From assembly GCA_001805465.1 (NCBI GenBank), contig MHGH01000013.1, forward strand, positions 53,631-100,016: DNA of 46,386 nucleotides, written 5' to 3'. The notes beneath the pieces were generated by a model. It was not told where the DNA came from. It saw only the letters and a program-made list of their open reading frames with translations, and made no database searches. The first letter of the stretch is position 1, and the number at the start of each line of letters is the position of its first letter. A program made the position numbers and the translations under genes. This DNA comes from Omnitrophica WOR_2 bacterium RBG_13_41_10. Lineage in GTDB: Bacteria; Omnitrophota; Gorgyraeia; Gygaellales; Profunditerraquicolaceae. This document shows, piece after piece, positions 36,279-45,046 of this stretch.

Positions 36279-36549
36279 CTTACGTCTATTTATAGTAGAG
36301 TAAAAATCATTGCGAAGGTACTTAGTTTTGGCCTGTTGGGGATAGAAGCATATTCCATCGAAATAGAAGTAGATGCCTCAAGGGGCCTACCCACAGCAAG
36401 CTTGGTAGGGAGCGGATTAAATCCGCGATTAAAAACTCCGGGGTTAGTTAGCCGGGGCGAGAACATCAAAAGAGGGCATATTTCTGAGGCGATCTAGTAC
36501 AGGAGTATGGATAGAGTAGGCTAATCTTTTTTATTATAATAGACGTAAG
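36279..36549. ncRNA. Candidate structured RNA or MITE-like palindromic element (family and strand unknown)
   Basis: It is closed by a perfect 12-bp pairing, CTTACGTCTATT (36279-90) with AATAGACGTAAG (36538-49). An inner stem pairs ATGCCTC (36373-79) with GAGG(G)CAT (36472-79) and encloses three hairpins (36386-409, 36412-26, 36436-57). The element is visibly GC-enriched relative to its AT-rich flanks and has no convincing ORF. Confidence 0.4.
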
Positions 36550-36585
36550 AAGTGAGGAAATCTAAGGGGTTTTAAATTATTTAGC

Positions 36586-37533
36586 TTATTTTTTAAGAAA
36601 GATAGCTCCGATAAAGTTTTCCTCAGGAGCTATATCAACGAGCTCATCGTTTCCATACAGAGAAAGTCCCGAAGGATTAATTATTTCTTCAAATAGTTTG
36701 TGTCTATACCCAAATCTCAATCCTTTATCAGATATAAGCACTTTCCTATTGTGGTCATAATCAACAGTAATGCCTACTATGCCACCTGGTTTTAATACGC
36801 GCCTGACCTCCCTCATCATTCTGCGGCGAACACCTGACGATAAATGCTCTATTGTGCATATTGAAAAAACACGGTCGAAGCTAGCATCGGGAAACGGGAT
36901 TGATCTTGCAATGTCTCTATCAATTGCTTCCACATCCCATTTCATTTTTTTTGCTACATAATTTGTATTATATATTGTACCGCAACAGCACCAATCGTTA
37001 TCGATTACTTTTACGGAACATCCTAAGCTCGCTAAATAAAATACGAAGGCAGTCGAAGCACCTCCGAGATCCAACGCCCTATGCTCTGCCTTGACTTGGG
37101 AATGGTAAAAAACCCAAGCGTTTTCCCATAATTTTCTTCTTTCGGATTCGGGCGTATACATTCTTTTAACGAACGTTCCTGCGGAAGAAGTATAGCGCAA
37201 GTTTTTTGACCGAAGCAACTCTTTAAGAGACTCAATGTTATCCACGACTTTTTTTATTTCAGGGGAAGATAAATCTTCTTCAATCCACATTCCGCTTTTG
37301 TTAATAACCTCCTTGCGATTAATTTTAGATAAGCCAGACGGTGATGTAAAAGCATTGAGTCCGTCGGGGATAATGTCTATTGGACCTTTTTTTGTGGCTT
37401 TATATTCGTTTAGGCGAACGCCAGTTTGGCGTTTTAACTTACGAATCTTGCAGAATATTCTGTAATATAGGGGTATATAATTGGGAAATTCCTCATTTTT
37501 GTTTTTTTTCATGAACCGTTTCCTATTTCGCAA
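36586..37533 (-). CDS. Class I SAM-dependent methyltransferase
   Basis: Motif I is ALDLGGASTAFVFYLASLG. The post-I region is VIDND. VLKPGGIVGITV is present, giving a Methyltransf_11-like layout after an N-terminal extension of about 150 aa. Confidence 0.75.
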   Translation of the reverse strand: MRNRKRFMKKNKNEEFPNYIPLYYRIFCKIRKLKRQTGVRLNEYKATKKGPIDIIPDGLNAFTSPSGLSKINRKEVINKSGMWIEEDLSSPEIKKVVDNIESLKELLRSKNLRYTSSAGTFVKRMYTPESERRKLWENAWVFYHSQVKAEHRALDLGGASTAFVFYLASLGCSVKVIDNDWCCCGTIYNTNYVAKKMKWDVEAIDRDIARSIPFPDASFDRVFSICTIEHLSSGVRRRMMREVRRVLKPGGIVGITVDYDHNRKVLISDKGLRFGYRHKLFEEIINPSGLSLYGNDELVDIAPEENFIGAIFLKK

Positions 37534-37586
37534 AAGCTTACGTATATTTTATGCTAACTTATTAATTATATCACTTCCAATTCAAA

Positions 37587-38732
37587 ATGATAGAGGATTT
37601 AGTAAGTAAGTTCTTGATATTAGTTGCAAAATATTATATAATTTTTCCTATGATACTAAGACTAGTCACAAAAATCTCCATAAGTATTCTGATTGGTTTA
37701 ATCTTTTTAGAATTAACTATCAGAGTAGGCTTAATTTTTCTGCCAAACTTAATGCCTCCTATACAGTTCGGCGGAGCTCATCCGCGAAATTTAATTATTC
37801 CTGATAAAGAACTGGGGTATCTACTAAACCCGAATTTTCATTGTAAAGAAACAAATGACTACAAAGAATACCATATTGATATAAAAATAAGTTCTCAGGG
37901 GCTACGTGATTATGAACACGAATTATCAAAAGATGTCTATCGTATACTAGCGATAGGAGACTCTTACACCTTTGGAGAAGGGGTTGAATTAAACGATGCG
38001 TACTTAAGCGTCCTGGAAGAAAAACTTAAAAACGAATATGGTCAGAAAAATATAGAGATCATTAAAGTGGGTATACCCGGATATGGCACAAAACAAGAAG
38101 TTGGTTTGTTAAAGAGGCTGATTCCGATTTTTAAACCAAAGGTTGTAATAATGGGGCTCCTACCCCAAGAAACTATCCGTTTAGAAACACCGTATACCTA
38201 TTGTTACGGCTATATTGTCGAAAGTAATAAATTAAATAGGTTATATTTGGTCTCTGGAAAATTATATAGTTCCCGTGCTAAAAACCGTTTTTGGGGAAAA
38301 CTGGATGCAATAATAAAACACTACTACCTTACCCCGCAATTTATGCAGGCAAGGTTTAAATATCTTAGGAATAAATTAAAAAAACATAAAACGGAAAGTG
38401 AAAATATAACTTCCGCAGATTATCTAAAGCAAAAACATGCATCGCTTTTTGCTTTATTGCAAGATTTTAAAGAAACTTGCCTTTTGCATAATGCCCAGCC
38501 TATTATTATTTTAATAGACAGTAACCCCATAGAAGATAATTTTATTATCCAATTTACTAAAGATATAGGCATTCCTACTTTAAGCTTATATCCTTTTTTC
38601 AAAGAACTATCCGATAAAAATATTCCTTATCATTTTTCACATGATAAACATTGGAATGCAACCGGACATAAAACCGCAGCATCAGCTATTTTTAAGTTCT
38701 TATCTAGCAATAATATTATTGAAAAAGATTAA
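37587..38732 (+). CDS. SGNH/AlgJ-AlgX-like hydrolase or O-acetyltransferase with an N-terminal TM anchor (the only plus-strand gene)
   Basis: Block I is ILAIGDSYTFGEG and a C-terminal DKHW(N)ATGH (DxHW) motif is present, as in AlgX/AlgJ-type SGNH proteins. The start is uncertain; the alternative is Met22 at 37650. Confidence 0.65.
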   Translation: MIEDLVSKFLILVAKYYIIFPMILRLVTKISISILIGLIFLELTIRVGLIFLPNLMPPIQFGGAHPRNLIIPDKELGYLLNPNFHCKETNDYKEYHIDIKISSQGLRDYEHELSKDVYRILAIGDSYTFGEGVELNDAYLSVLEEKLKNEYGQKNIEIIKVGIPGYGTKQEVGLLKRLIPIFKPKVVIMGLLPQETIRLETPYTYCYGYIVESNKLNRLYLVSGKLYSSRAKNRFWGKLDAIIKHYYLTPQFMQARFKYLRNKLKKHKTESENITSADYLKQKHASLFALLQDFKETCLLHNAQPIIILIDSNPIEDNFIIQFTKDIGIPTLSLYPFFKELSDKNIPYHFSHDKHWNATGHKTAASAIFKFLSSNNIIEKD

Positions 38733-38737
38733 AAAAA

Positions 38738-40783
38738 TTATTTAACTAAGGAATAAACCTTGACCCTGCTATTGCTAAAGACAAGCCTAAACATCTGCGG
38801 GTGTTCGCTGGCCCATTTATCTTCTATAGGAAAGCCCTCAAGAGCATCGGGTTCCCTATCGCAAGGAAGCGACTGCATAATAAAAAGATAATCGATTGCC
38901 TCTTTCCTTAAATTATCCCTCCAGTTTAAAAAAACTTTTTCTCGACGATATAAGCCATCCGGATAATAATGCGGAAGGCTTGGTTTATTATTTACAGAAA
39001 TATAAAAAACGCTATTTTTTATTTTCCTACCGAAAAGAGGGTAAAAATTAATTCGACCAGCATATGCAATCCTAGAGCCTATAGCACTATTTTCGTTCAT
39101 CCATTTCCAGCCTCTCCCCACATCCCGGTCTTCGGATTCCTTACCTATAAATAAAAGCTCATAACGGTTGAACTCTTGGCTATCATATTGAATACTTAGA
39201 AACCATAAAACAAAAATGATGCTGAGTAAAAATAAAACTAAAAAAAATAATTTCAAATTTTTTGATATTTTATTTTTAAATTTATTATATAGAAAAAAGA
39301 TAAGGTATATAAATAAAGATAAAATTAACGAAACAACTAACTGGATATGGCCGCAGAATTCACCAAAAGAAGTTAATACGCTCACCACCCCCATAGAGCG
39401 TATGAACTTAGGGCCCCATTTAAATTGGTTTAAGAATAAAGCCGCACAAATAAAACTTACAGCAAAATAAGGAAATAAGTACCTCGGAAAATATATTTTA
39501 ATACAAAATAAAAAAACAAGAAACATAAAAACAGGTATAATAAAAATAAGGAGGAATTTTACTAAGGGTTTAAACTTTTTGCGTAAAATTGGCGAAAGAA
39601 CCAATGGTAGGATTGTTGCGGGAAGAATAAAAATAAAAAGCTGCGAGCCTAGGCCTTCCCCAAAAAGTAATTCATCCCAATTAAGATATTTAATAGAGTA
39701 ATACGGGGCCATGGTCTGTTTATCTAAGTATCCGGGAAGAATTGTCTTGCCCAAAAATGTAACTTTGAAGGGATAAAGAAAATTACCGGTTAAAAAATAC
39801 GATTTTATATAAGAATAGCTGCCAAATAAAAATATAAAAAATATGATTATAAATATCCCGCATATTTTTTTAGATGCATTCGCTTTGGCTTTTAAATAAA
39901 TATACAAAAATAATGGCATTAACCCAATAGACCAAAAAATATTATGCCTTTTGATCCCTAAGAATATGCCGAAGGAAATCCCGAACAGAACTGCATTTTT
40001 TAAACTAAATCGTTCGCAGAGGAGCATAAAATTTAAACACAGTAGAAATACCGCCGCACAGATAATATCAATATAAGCCCCATCTTCAATATGTTTAAAT
40101 ACATTCGGTATTAATGCCCATAAAAAAGCTATGAGCAACGCATCTCTGGAGGCCAGATTAAATTTTTTCAAAATAGAATAAATCGCTAAAATTGCTATAA
40201 AATAAAACAGAACTTGACCGATATTAGCTAAAAATGCGTTACGAAATGGTAACATTAACCAATAGAAAAATAATTCCCCATTAATCGGAAAATAAGGCAT
40301 GCCATTAGCCAGTAAATTTCCGTAGACTCCAAAGACAAGCATAGGATTATAGAGATCTCCTCTTTTCATCCATGTGGCAGGATAACTAAGGTGATATGCT
40401 AATGCATCGGCTCCATAAGGCGGCCGGTTTAAGTTTATCCATATTTTTAGAGCAAAAAATCCTAAAAAAATTGAAATAGCAAAAAGCAAAATTTTACTTT
40501 GGAAGATAAAACTAAAATCTAAACGATAAGAAAGCGGTGTAAGTGATTTTCTTTTAAGTATAGAAAATGCTACTAATAAAATTAAAGTGTGTAATAGGAG
40601 TATGTTGGTAGGGAATAATACTCCGAAAATTCCTAAAACTAACTCCACCAAGATAATTTCCATAAAAAAGAACAAAAACCAGATTAACATAAAATCTGCA
40701 AGCCTTTCTTTTGAATAAAATGTACGTGTCCAAAAGAACGCGCTTAAAATTACTGTAAGGTTACCTAGAATAAAAAGTAACAT
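38738..40783 (-). CDS. Large polytopic membrane protein, GT-C-like (paralog of 30760..32631)
   Basis: 681 aa. It matches the 623-aa protein at NRPPYGADALAYHLSYPATW, IAYAGRINFYPLFG...FYISVN and HPQMFRLVFSNSRVKVYSL. Confidence 0.55.
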   Translation of the reverse strand: MLLFILGNLTVILSAFFWTRTFYSKERLADFMLIWFLFFFMEIILVELVLGIFGVLFPTNILLLHTLILLVAFSILKRKSLTPLSYRLDFSFIFQSKILLFAISIFLGFFALKIWINLNRPPYGADALAYHLSYPATWMKRGDLYNPMLVFGVYGNLLANGMPYFPINGELFFYWLMLPFRNAFLANIGQVLFYFIAILAIYSILKKFNLASRDALLIAFLWALIPNVFKHIEDGAYIDIICAAVFLLCLNFMLLCERFSLKNAVLFGISFGIFLGIKRHNIFWSIGLMPLFLYIYLKAKANASKKICGIFIIIFFIFLFGSYSYIKSYFLTGNFLYPFKVTFLGKTILPGYLDKQTMAPYYSIKYLNWDELLFGEGLGSQLFIFILPATILPLVLSPILRKKFKPLVKFLLIFIIPVFMFLVFLFCIKIYFPRYLFPYFAVSFICAALFLNQFKWGPKFIRSMGVVSVLTSFGEFCGHIQLVVSLILSLFIYLIFFLYNKFKNKISKNLKLFFLVLFLLSIIFVLWFLSIQYDSQEFNRYELLFIGKESEDRDVGRGWKWMNENSAIGSRIAYAGRINFYPLFGRKIKNSVFYISVNNKPSLPHYYPDGLYRREKVFLNWRDNLRKEAIDYLFIMQSLPCDREPDALEGFPIEDKWASEHPQMFRLVFSNSRVKVYSLVK

Positions 40784-40784
40784 T

Positions 40785-41906
40785 TTATGCCTCTTTTGCC
40801 TTTATTTCTTCAATAATACCCAAGAGCTCATTGTATTCATAAGGCTTTCTTCGGGAATTCTGCATCCTTATGCCATCCATTGCTCTCTCCATGAAGACCT
40901 TTACATCATTACAAAAATAAGTTACCTCCGGATAACAACCATACATACAGCCGCTACATTTATTCACCATATCCCTGATAGAATTTATAAATTCTTTAGA
41001 CCGGAATTTCTGCACAAAGTCATCCTCCAACATAGAAATAGATGTAGGTATATCTACGCAGGGAAGAAAATTTCCGGCAGGGCTGATAGAAAAATACAAA
41101 AATGGGCTATCACAATGCCAATTTACCTGACCACTTTTTAAAAATTCCTTGCTTTCAGATAAGAAACGATAAGAATTGTAAACATTAAACCCTTCCCTTT
41201 TCATCTCTACAATTTTGGCGTATATTCTGTCTAAAACTTCGTATTCTTGAGTGTTAAACCTAAAATCCGGGGCATCTTTTCTGACAATAAACTTATCGTT
41301 ACTGCCGGATATATGTACCGGTATAAGCGAAATATAAAATCCTATTCTTGTAGCAAACTCTATTAATTTAGGAACCTCTTCTATATTCTTTTTGGACACT
41401 ACCGTATTTATTCCTGAAATATTTCCCTTTTTGGGCAGATACTGTGAGAACAAAGCAATACCCTGAATTATTTTATCCCAAGAACCATTGACGCTGGTTA
41501 TCTCATCGTATTTTTTAGCATCAAAAGAATCAAAGGAAATCGTTACCTCCTTTAATCCTGCATCAGTTAGCTCTTTAACTTTGCTTTCGTTGATTAATAT
41601 GCCGTTGGTCTGTAACCTAACCTCAAGCCCTCTTCTAGCAAACAATCTAATGATTTCGGCAAGGTCATTTCTTAATAACGGCTCTCCTCCTGTAAGGATT
41701 AATATAGCGACATCTAACTCCTTCAAGATACCAGCTAATCTTTCTATTTCGGGTAAACCCAGCTCTTGTTCCGCCTTTCGGGAATCTAAAGCACTGCACA
41801 TACTACACCTTAAATTACACCTATTGCTTACGGCGAACTGCACGTAAATAGGCACTTTTTTAGTTAAGGCACCCTTAAGCATCAGTAATTTAGTTCTGGC
41901 TTTCAA
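40785..41906 (-). CDS. Radical SAM enzyme (MoaA/NirJ/PqqE-like core) with a C-terminal Cys-rich SPASM/twitch-like region
   Basis: SNRCNLRCSMC, TGGEPLLRND, and the C-terminal WHCDSP...GNFLPC...CSGCMYGC. Confidence 0.8.
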   Translation of the reverse strand: MKARTKLLMLKGALTKKVPIYVQFAVSNRCNLRCSMCSALDSRKAEQELGLPEIERLAGILKELDVAILILTGGEPLLRNDLAEIIRLFARRGLEVRLQTNGILINESKVKELTDAGLKEVTISFDSFDAKKYDEITSVNGSWDKIIQGIALFSQYLPKKGNISGINTVVSKKNIEEVPKLIEFATRIGFYISLIPVHISGSNDKFIVRKDAPDFRFNTQEYEVLDRIYAKIVEMKREGFNVYNSYRFLSESKEFLKSGQVNWHCDSPFLYFSISPAGNFLPCVDIPTSISMLEDDFVQKFRSKEFINSIRDMVNKCSGCMYGCYPEVTYFCNDVKVFMERAMDGIRMQNSRRKPYEYNELLGIIEEIKAKEA

Positions 41907-42453
41907 TATTAACCTCTTCTTTTAACTGAGTTTTGTTTATATAGAGTAGTGCCAAAATAAAGAACGGTGCTGTTATAATAAATTCTCTAATGATAACTTT
42001 TAGCATATAAAAACTAAAAAGCGTAGAAAATTGCCTCCAGTCAAAACCCATGAATAAATAAAAAGGGGCGGGTATATATTCTTTTGAGAAGGGATAGAAT
42101 AAATTGATACCATTATGTAATATATCGTCTAAGGTAAAAAAATCACAAAACAGGTGTGCGGATAATAAAGATAAAATAAGCAAGAAAGAATTTTTGAAAC
42201 TTAATATTTTTAACTTTTTGAGAAATAAATACACTACAATAGAGGAAAAAATCACAAATATCAAGCTATGTGTCACTGAACGGTGAATACCAATATTCCT
42301 ACTTAATAATACTAAAAGCATATCGATATCTGGTAATAAGCCAATGCCGATAAAAAGAATTAAGTTCCTAAAATCTTTCTTAAAAGAAAAATCCTTTTTA
42401 AAAAATAAATATATGCTACTACTTACTAAGGTATGACCTAGAGGGGACGGCAT
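41890..42453 (-). CDS. Membrane-bound metal-dependent hydrolase, YdjM/DUF457-like
   Basis: The N-terminal PLGHTL, LPDIDML and HRSVTHSL motifs, with 4-5 TM. Confidence 0.6.
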   Translation of the reverse strand: MPSPLGHTLVSSSIYLFFKKDFSFKKDFRNLILFIGIGLLPDIDMLLVLLSRNIGIHRSVTHSLIFVIFSSIVVYLFLKKLKILSFKNSFLLILSLLSAHLFCDFFTLDDILHNGINLFYPFSKEYIPAPFYLFMGFDWRQFSTLFSFYMLKVIIREFIITAPFFILALLYINKTQLKEEVNIESQN

Positions 42454-42455
42454 TA

Positions 42456-43019
42456 TTAACCTCCTGCTCCAAGTTTCAGCTGTTGCTTCATAAAGCTTGC
42501 TATTGCTGCGAATATTTTTCCTTTTAAGGTATTAGAATAATACTGCGATTCTTGAGTTATAAATCCACCCTCCAGCATACCTTTTAATTCTGATTGATAT
42601 TTATTTTCAATATCGTACCTCTGTTTTATTTCAGATACGCTTAATCTTTTGTTTTGGGAGGTTTCTATTAATTCTAAAATCGTAGCCGATACGGAGCGGT
42701 TCACCAAATAATAAAGAGTTAAATAGATAAATGCTAAAAATAAGTAAATAATTATACCGTAGCTAAAATCTATTTTAGCTATAACTGAATTAAGCCTGTT
42801 AGCTAGCACAATAATGGCTGATGGAGGAAAGAAAAATAAAAACATAAAAGGCAACAATAAAATCCCCCATATCCACATCAATAACTTCATCTGACGTGAC
42901 AACTCAAAAATCACGGGTTCATCTGGAGCCCTTCCTTTTCTGAAAAAAGATATGATTAGATGGGCTATTAGCCCAACAAAAGAAAATATTATAGCTAAAA
43001 TTATCCCTATTAATACCAT
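42456..43019 (-). CDS. Uncharacterised membrane protein with a C-terminal winged-helix-like domain (paralog A)
   Basis: Four predicted TM are followed by a soluble domain, RLSVSEIKQRYDIENKYQSELKGMLEGGFITQESQYYSNTLKGK. I recognise no family. Confidence 0.4.
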   Translation of the reverse strand: MVLIGIILAIIFSFVGLIAHLIISFFRKGRAPDEPVIFELSRQMKLLMWIWGILLLPFMFLFFFPPSAIIVLANRLNSVIAKIDFSYGIIIYLFLAFIYLTLYYLVNRSVSATILELIETSQNKRLSVSEIKQRYDIENKYQSELKGMLEGGFITQESQYYSNTLKGKIFAAIASFMKQQLKLGAGG

Positions 43020-43032
43020 ATCTAAATCCTTA

Positions 43033-43545
43033 TTAATTCCTTGGCAATTTTAAATATTCTCGAATAAATTTAAAAATCTTGCAGTGTAGGGTCCCTTTTT
43101 GAGTATTTATAAAATAGCCCTCTTCTTTTTTAAGCCTGCCCAAAATCACCATATCTTCTAATTCATGGGAAAATTTTGTATCAATAGTATATACCTTTTT
43201 TATCTCTTCGTATGATAATTTTTTGTGAAGGGAGTTTTCTATTTCAATAAGGATCCTGGTAGACGGAGACCGGTCAATGATCTGTATAAAATGTAAATAA
43301 AAATACCAAATGAAAAAGTAGATGAAAAAGGCATTTAAAAAAGCGGCTATAAAACGGAAAAGATAAGATGCGTATACGGTAGTTGGCGTAAAAATAAATA
43401 GGGTTATATATAATAAAAGGACGAGAAAAAATATTTTTCCTATTAGATAAAACCTCCGCTTAATATTAAACCTATGAAAAATAAAAATATTAAAAAATAA
43501 AAATATAAAAAAGCACAATAGCCCAATAATTATTCCTTTTAACAT
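43033..43545 (-). CDS. Uncharacterised membrane protein with a C-terminal winged-helix-like domain (paralog B)
   Basis: It has the same architecture as paralog A: KLSYEEIKKVYTIDTKFSHELEDMVILGRLKKEEGYFINTQKGT. Confidence 0.4.
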   Translation of the reverse strand: MLKGIIIGLLCFFIFLFFNIFIFHRFNIKRRFYLIGKIFFLVLLLYITLFIFTPTTVYASYLFRFIAAFLNAFFIYFFIWYFYLHFIQIIDRSPSTRILIEIENSLHKKLSYEEIKKVYTIDTKFSHELEDMVILGRLKKEEGYFINTQKGTLHCKIFKFIREYLKLPRN

Positions 43546-43554
43546 ATAGGCTCT

Positions 43555-45021
43555 TTAAGAAAATAGATTATCTCCGCAACTTGCCAGAAAATAAGCAAAG
43601 GCGATACGCATATCTAACTTATATTTGGCAGCCCTGGACATATACTTCACAAAATTAATGAAGAATCGGATTTTTTGTTTTTTGACCAGCCGCCAAATAC
43701 GCCTGGAAACAAAATAAGCAAAACAGCGTAACTGAAAGTATTCTACATAATTTTCACTGCGATTTTTTGATTTTAAAGCTGCACCCCAATGTAAGGTATC
43801 AATTTCATGAGACATAGCCGCTGCATCAATCTCTTCACCTAATCCATCCACCATACCGATAATATCTGTCCCAGGCAAAGGCCGAAAAATAAAGAAAATC
43901 GGCTTATTTGGGTCCACCTCTTTATTTAAATCATAAGTCTCCCAGAGTTCTTTTTTAGCCTCGGTAGGTCCCCCTAACATATTATACGCAATGGTATTTA
44001 TGCCATATTTACGGAAATTCTTAAAGGCCTGGCGGATCTGTTCGGTGGTAGCATGTTTACCATAAATTTCATTTCTTACCCGCTCGCTACCTGATTCTAT
44101 GCCTATCCTTACCTCTTTGCATCCGACTTCCGCAAGCATCTTTACTTTATCTTCCTGTGAAGTTGCTCCGTGGGTAAAAACCGAAAAAGGCAACTTTCCT
44201 ACAAGTCCCTCTTTCTTATATTCGTCGCAGAATTCTTTTACCCAGGGTTCGTTTACCGTAAAAACTGCATCGAAAGGATGAGCCATGCGGAATCCCCGGT
44301 CTTTATATTTAAGCCACTGGTGCTTTATTTCTTTTACATATCCTTGAGGGTCTCTCATTCTAAAACGCCTTCCCGGAAGTGCCCTAGTCATCGGTTCTTC
44401 TGAACAATTGGTGCATTTAAAAGGGCATCCGCGTGTGCCCATAAACCAAAGTTGTCCGATAAAAAAGAAATATTTATCAATGTCTTCCCAAAGATCATAG
44501 TTAGGAATAGGCAAACTATCAATATCTTCAATCCACGGCCTTTTGGGATTCTTAAAAACCTGGCCATCTTTTTTATACCAAAGTCCGGTAATATTATCGA
44601 GGGACTTACCTTCTGCCAAGGCATTCAAATAATCAGCCATAATAAACTCTCCCTCTCCATGGATGATTACATTAACCCCTTTTTCCTGAATGGCTGACTC
44701 AGAGTTTAGGGTAGTATGGTACCCACCTAACACTATCGGCACTGTACTGCTATAGTTTTTCCTGATCTCATCTATAGTCATGCGCACATACCTCATAAAA
44801 AGCGAGGTGGTAGTAATACCTATGACATCCGGCTTAAATTCGTCTAATTTTCTTTTAAGATATTCTTTCCACTCTTTAACCTTAAAAGTGTAATCTAAAA
44901 CATTAGCCTTATGATCAGTGCGTTCATTGATAAAAGTTGCCAGGCACGTAACCCCAATATCTAATATCGAACAACACCCGCTTAAATTAGGACTGATAAT
45001 ACTTACTTTTAATTTTTTCAT
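43555..45021 (-). CDS. B12-binding-domain radical SAM enzyme (class B)
   Basis: An N-terminal Rossmann-like B12-binding region (DVIGITTTS...PIVLGGYHTT) is followed by GTRGCPFKCTNCSE (CxxxCxxC) and an IGIESGSERV motif. Confidence 0.8.
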   Translation of the reverse strand: MKKLKVSIISPNLSGCCSILDIGVTCLATFINERTDHKANVLDYTFKVKEWKEYLKRKLDEFKPDVIGITTTSLFMRYVRMTIDEIRKNYSSTVPIVLGGYHTTLNSESAIQEKGVNVIIHGEGEFIMADYLNALAEGKSLDNITGLWYKKDGQVFKNPKRPWIEDIDSLPIPNYDLWEDIDKYFFFIGQLWFMGTRGCPFKCTNCSEEPMTRALPGRRFRMRDPQGYVKEIKHQWLKYKDRGFRMAHPFDAVFTVNEPWVKEFCDEYKKEGLVGKLPFSVFTHGATSQEDKVKMLAEVGCKEVRIGIESGSERVRNEIYGKHATTEQIRQAFKNFRKYGINTIAYNMLGGPTEAKKELWETYDLNKEVDPNKPIFFIFRPLPGTDIIGMVDGLGEEIDAAAMSHEIDTLHWGAALKSKNRSENYVEYFQLRCFAYFVSRRIWRLVKKQKIRFFINFVKYMSRAAKYKLDMRIAFAYFLASCGDNLFS

Positions 45022-45046
45022 ATTTTAGCTCTCCAATTAAATAAAA

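Noticed and set aside
36290-36466. A 58-codon minus-strand ORF (MFSPRLTNPGVFNRGFNPLPTKLAVGRPLEAS...) in the large intergenic gap.
   Set aside because: It has no SD upstream (CTCTTTTG precedes the ATG). Its composition is Pro, Ser and Thr-rich and looks random. It spans the base-paired GC hairpins, so it is more likely a by-product of a structured non-coding element.
36373-36479. A cloverleaf-like four-way junction that could be a tRNA or tRNA-like gene.
   Set aside because: The arm lengths and loops are wrong for a tRNA: 6-bp arms, a 3-nt loop on the middle arm, no GTTCRANYC T-loop, no canonical D-loop and about 107 nt overall. I kept it only as part of the larger unknown structured element.
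36340-36480. Local resemblance to the glmS ribozyme (ATCGAAAT...GATGCCTC) and to the cobalamin riboswitch (GGTAGGGA-GCGGAT...ATCCGC).
   Set aside because: Only short fragments match. The diagnostic cores are absent (glmS CGGCGGATGCCTCCCGG and GACGAGGA; the B12 box and CCCGCNACTGT). The genomic context is also wrong, with no glmS or cobalamin gene downstream.
11195-37510. Homopolymeric runs of 8-9 T inside or next to genes (around 11205 in the GT28 gene, 22863-22870 in a GT2 gene, about 33046, about 37502), considered as slipped-strand phase-variation switches.
   Set aside because: Runs of this length are expected by chance in DNA this AT-rich, and they encode Lys or Phe runs in frame. Without population or read-level length variation there is no support for phase variation.
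385-44697. The plus-strand ORFs of 60-165 aa in the track, for example 385..639, 3256..3642, 4159..4617, 10531..10836, 21386..21883, 28018..28230, 30396..30674, 41488..41847 and 44452..44697.
   Set aside because: Each lies wholly or largely antisense within a long minus-strand gene that has clear family motifs. Their translations are low-complexity and rich in Ser, Leu, Ile and Pro, and none has a recognisable motif or SD. They are shadow ORFs typical of AT-rich DNA.
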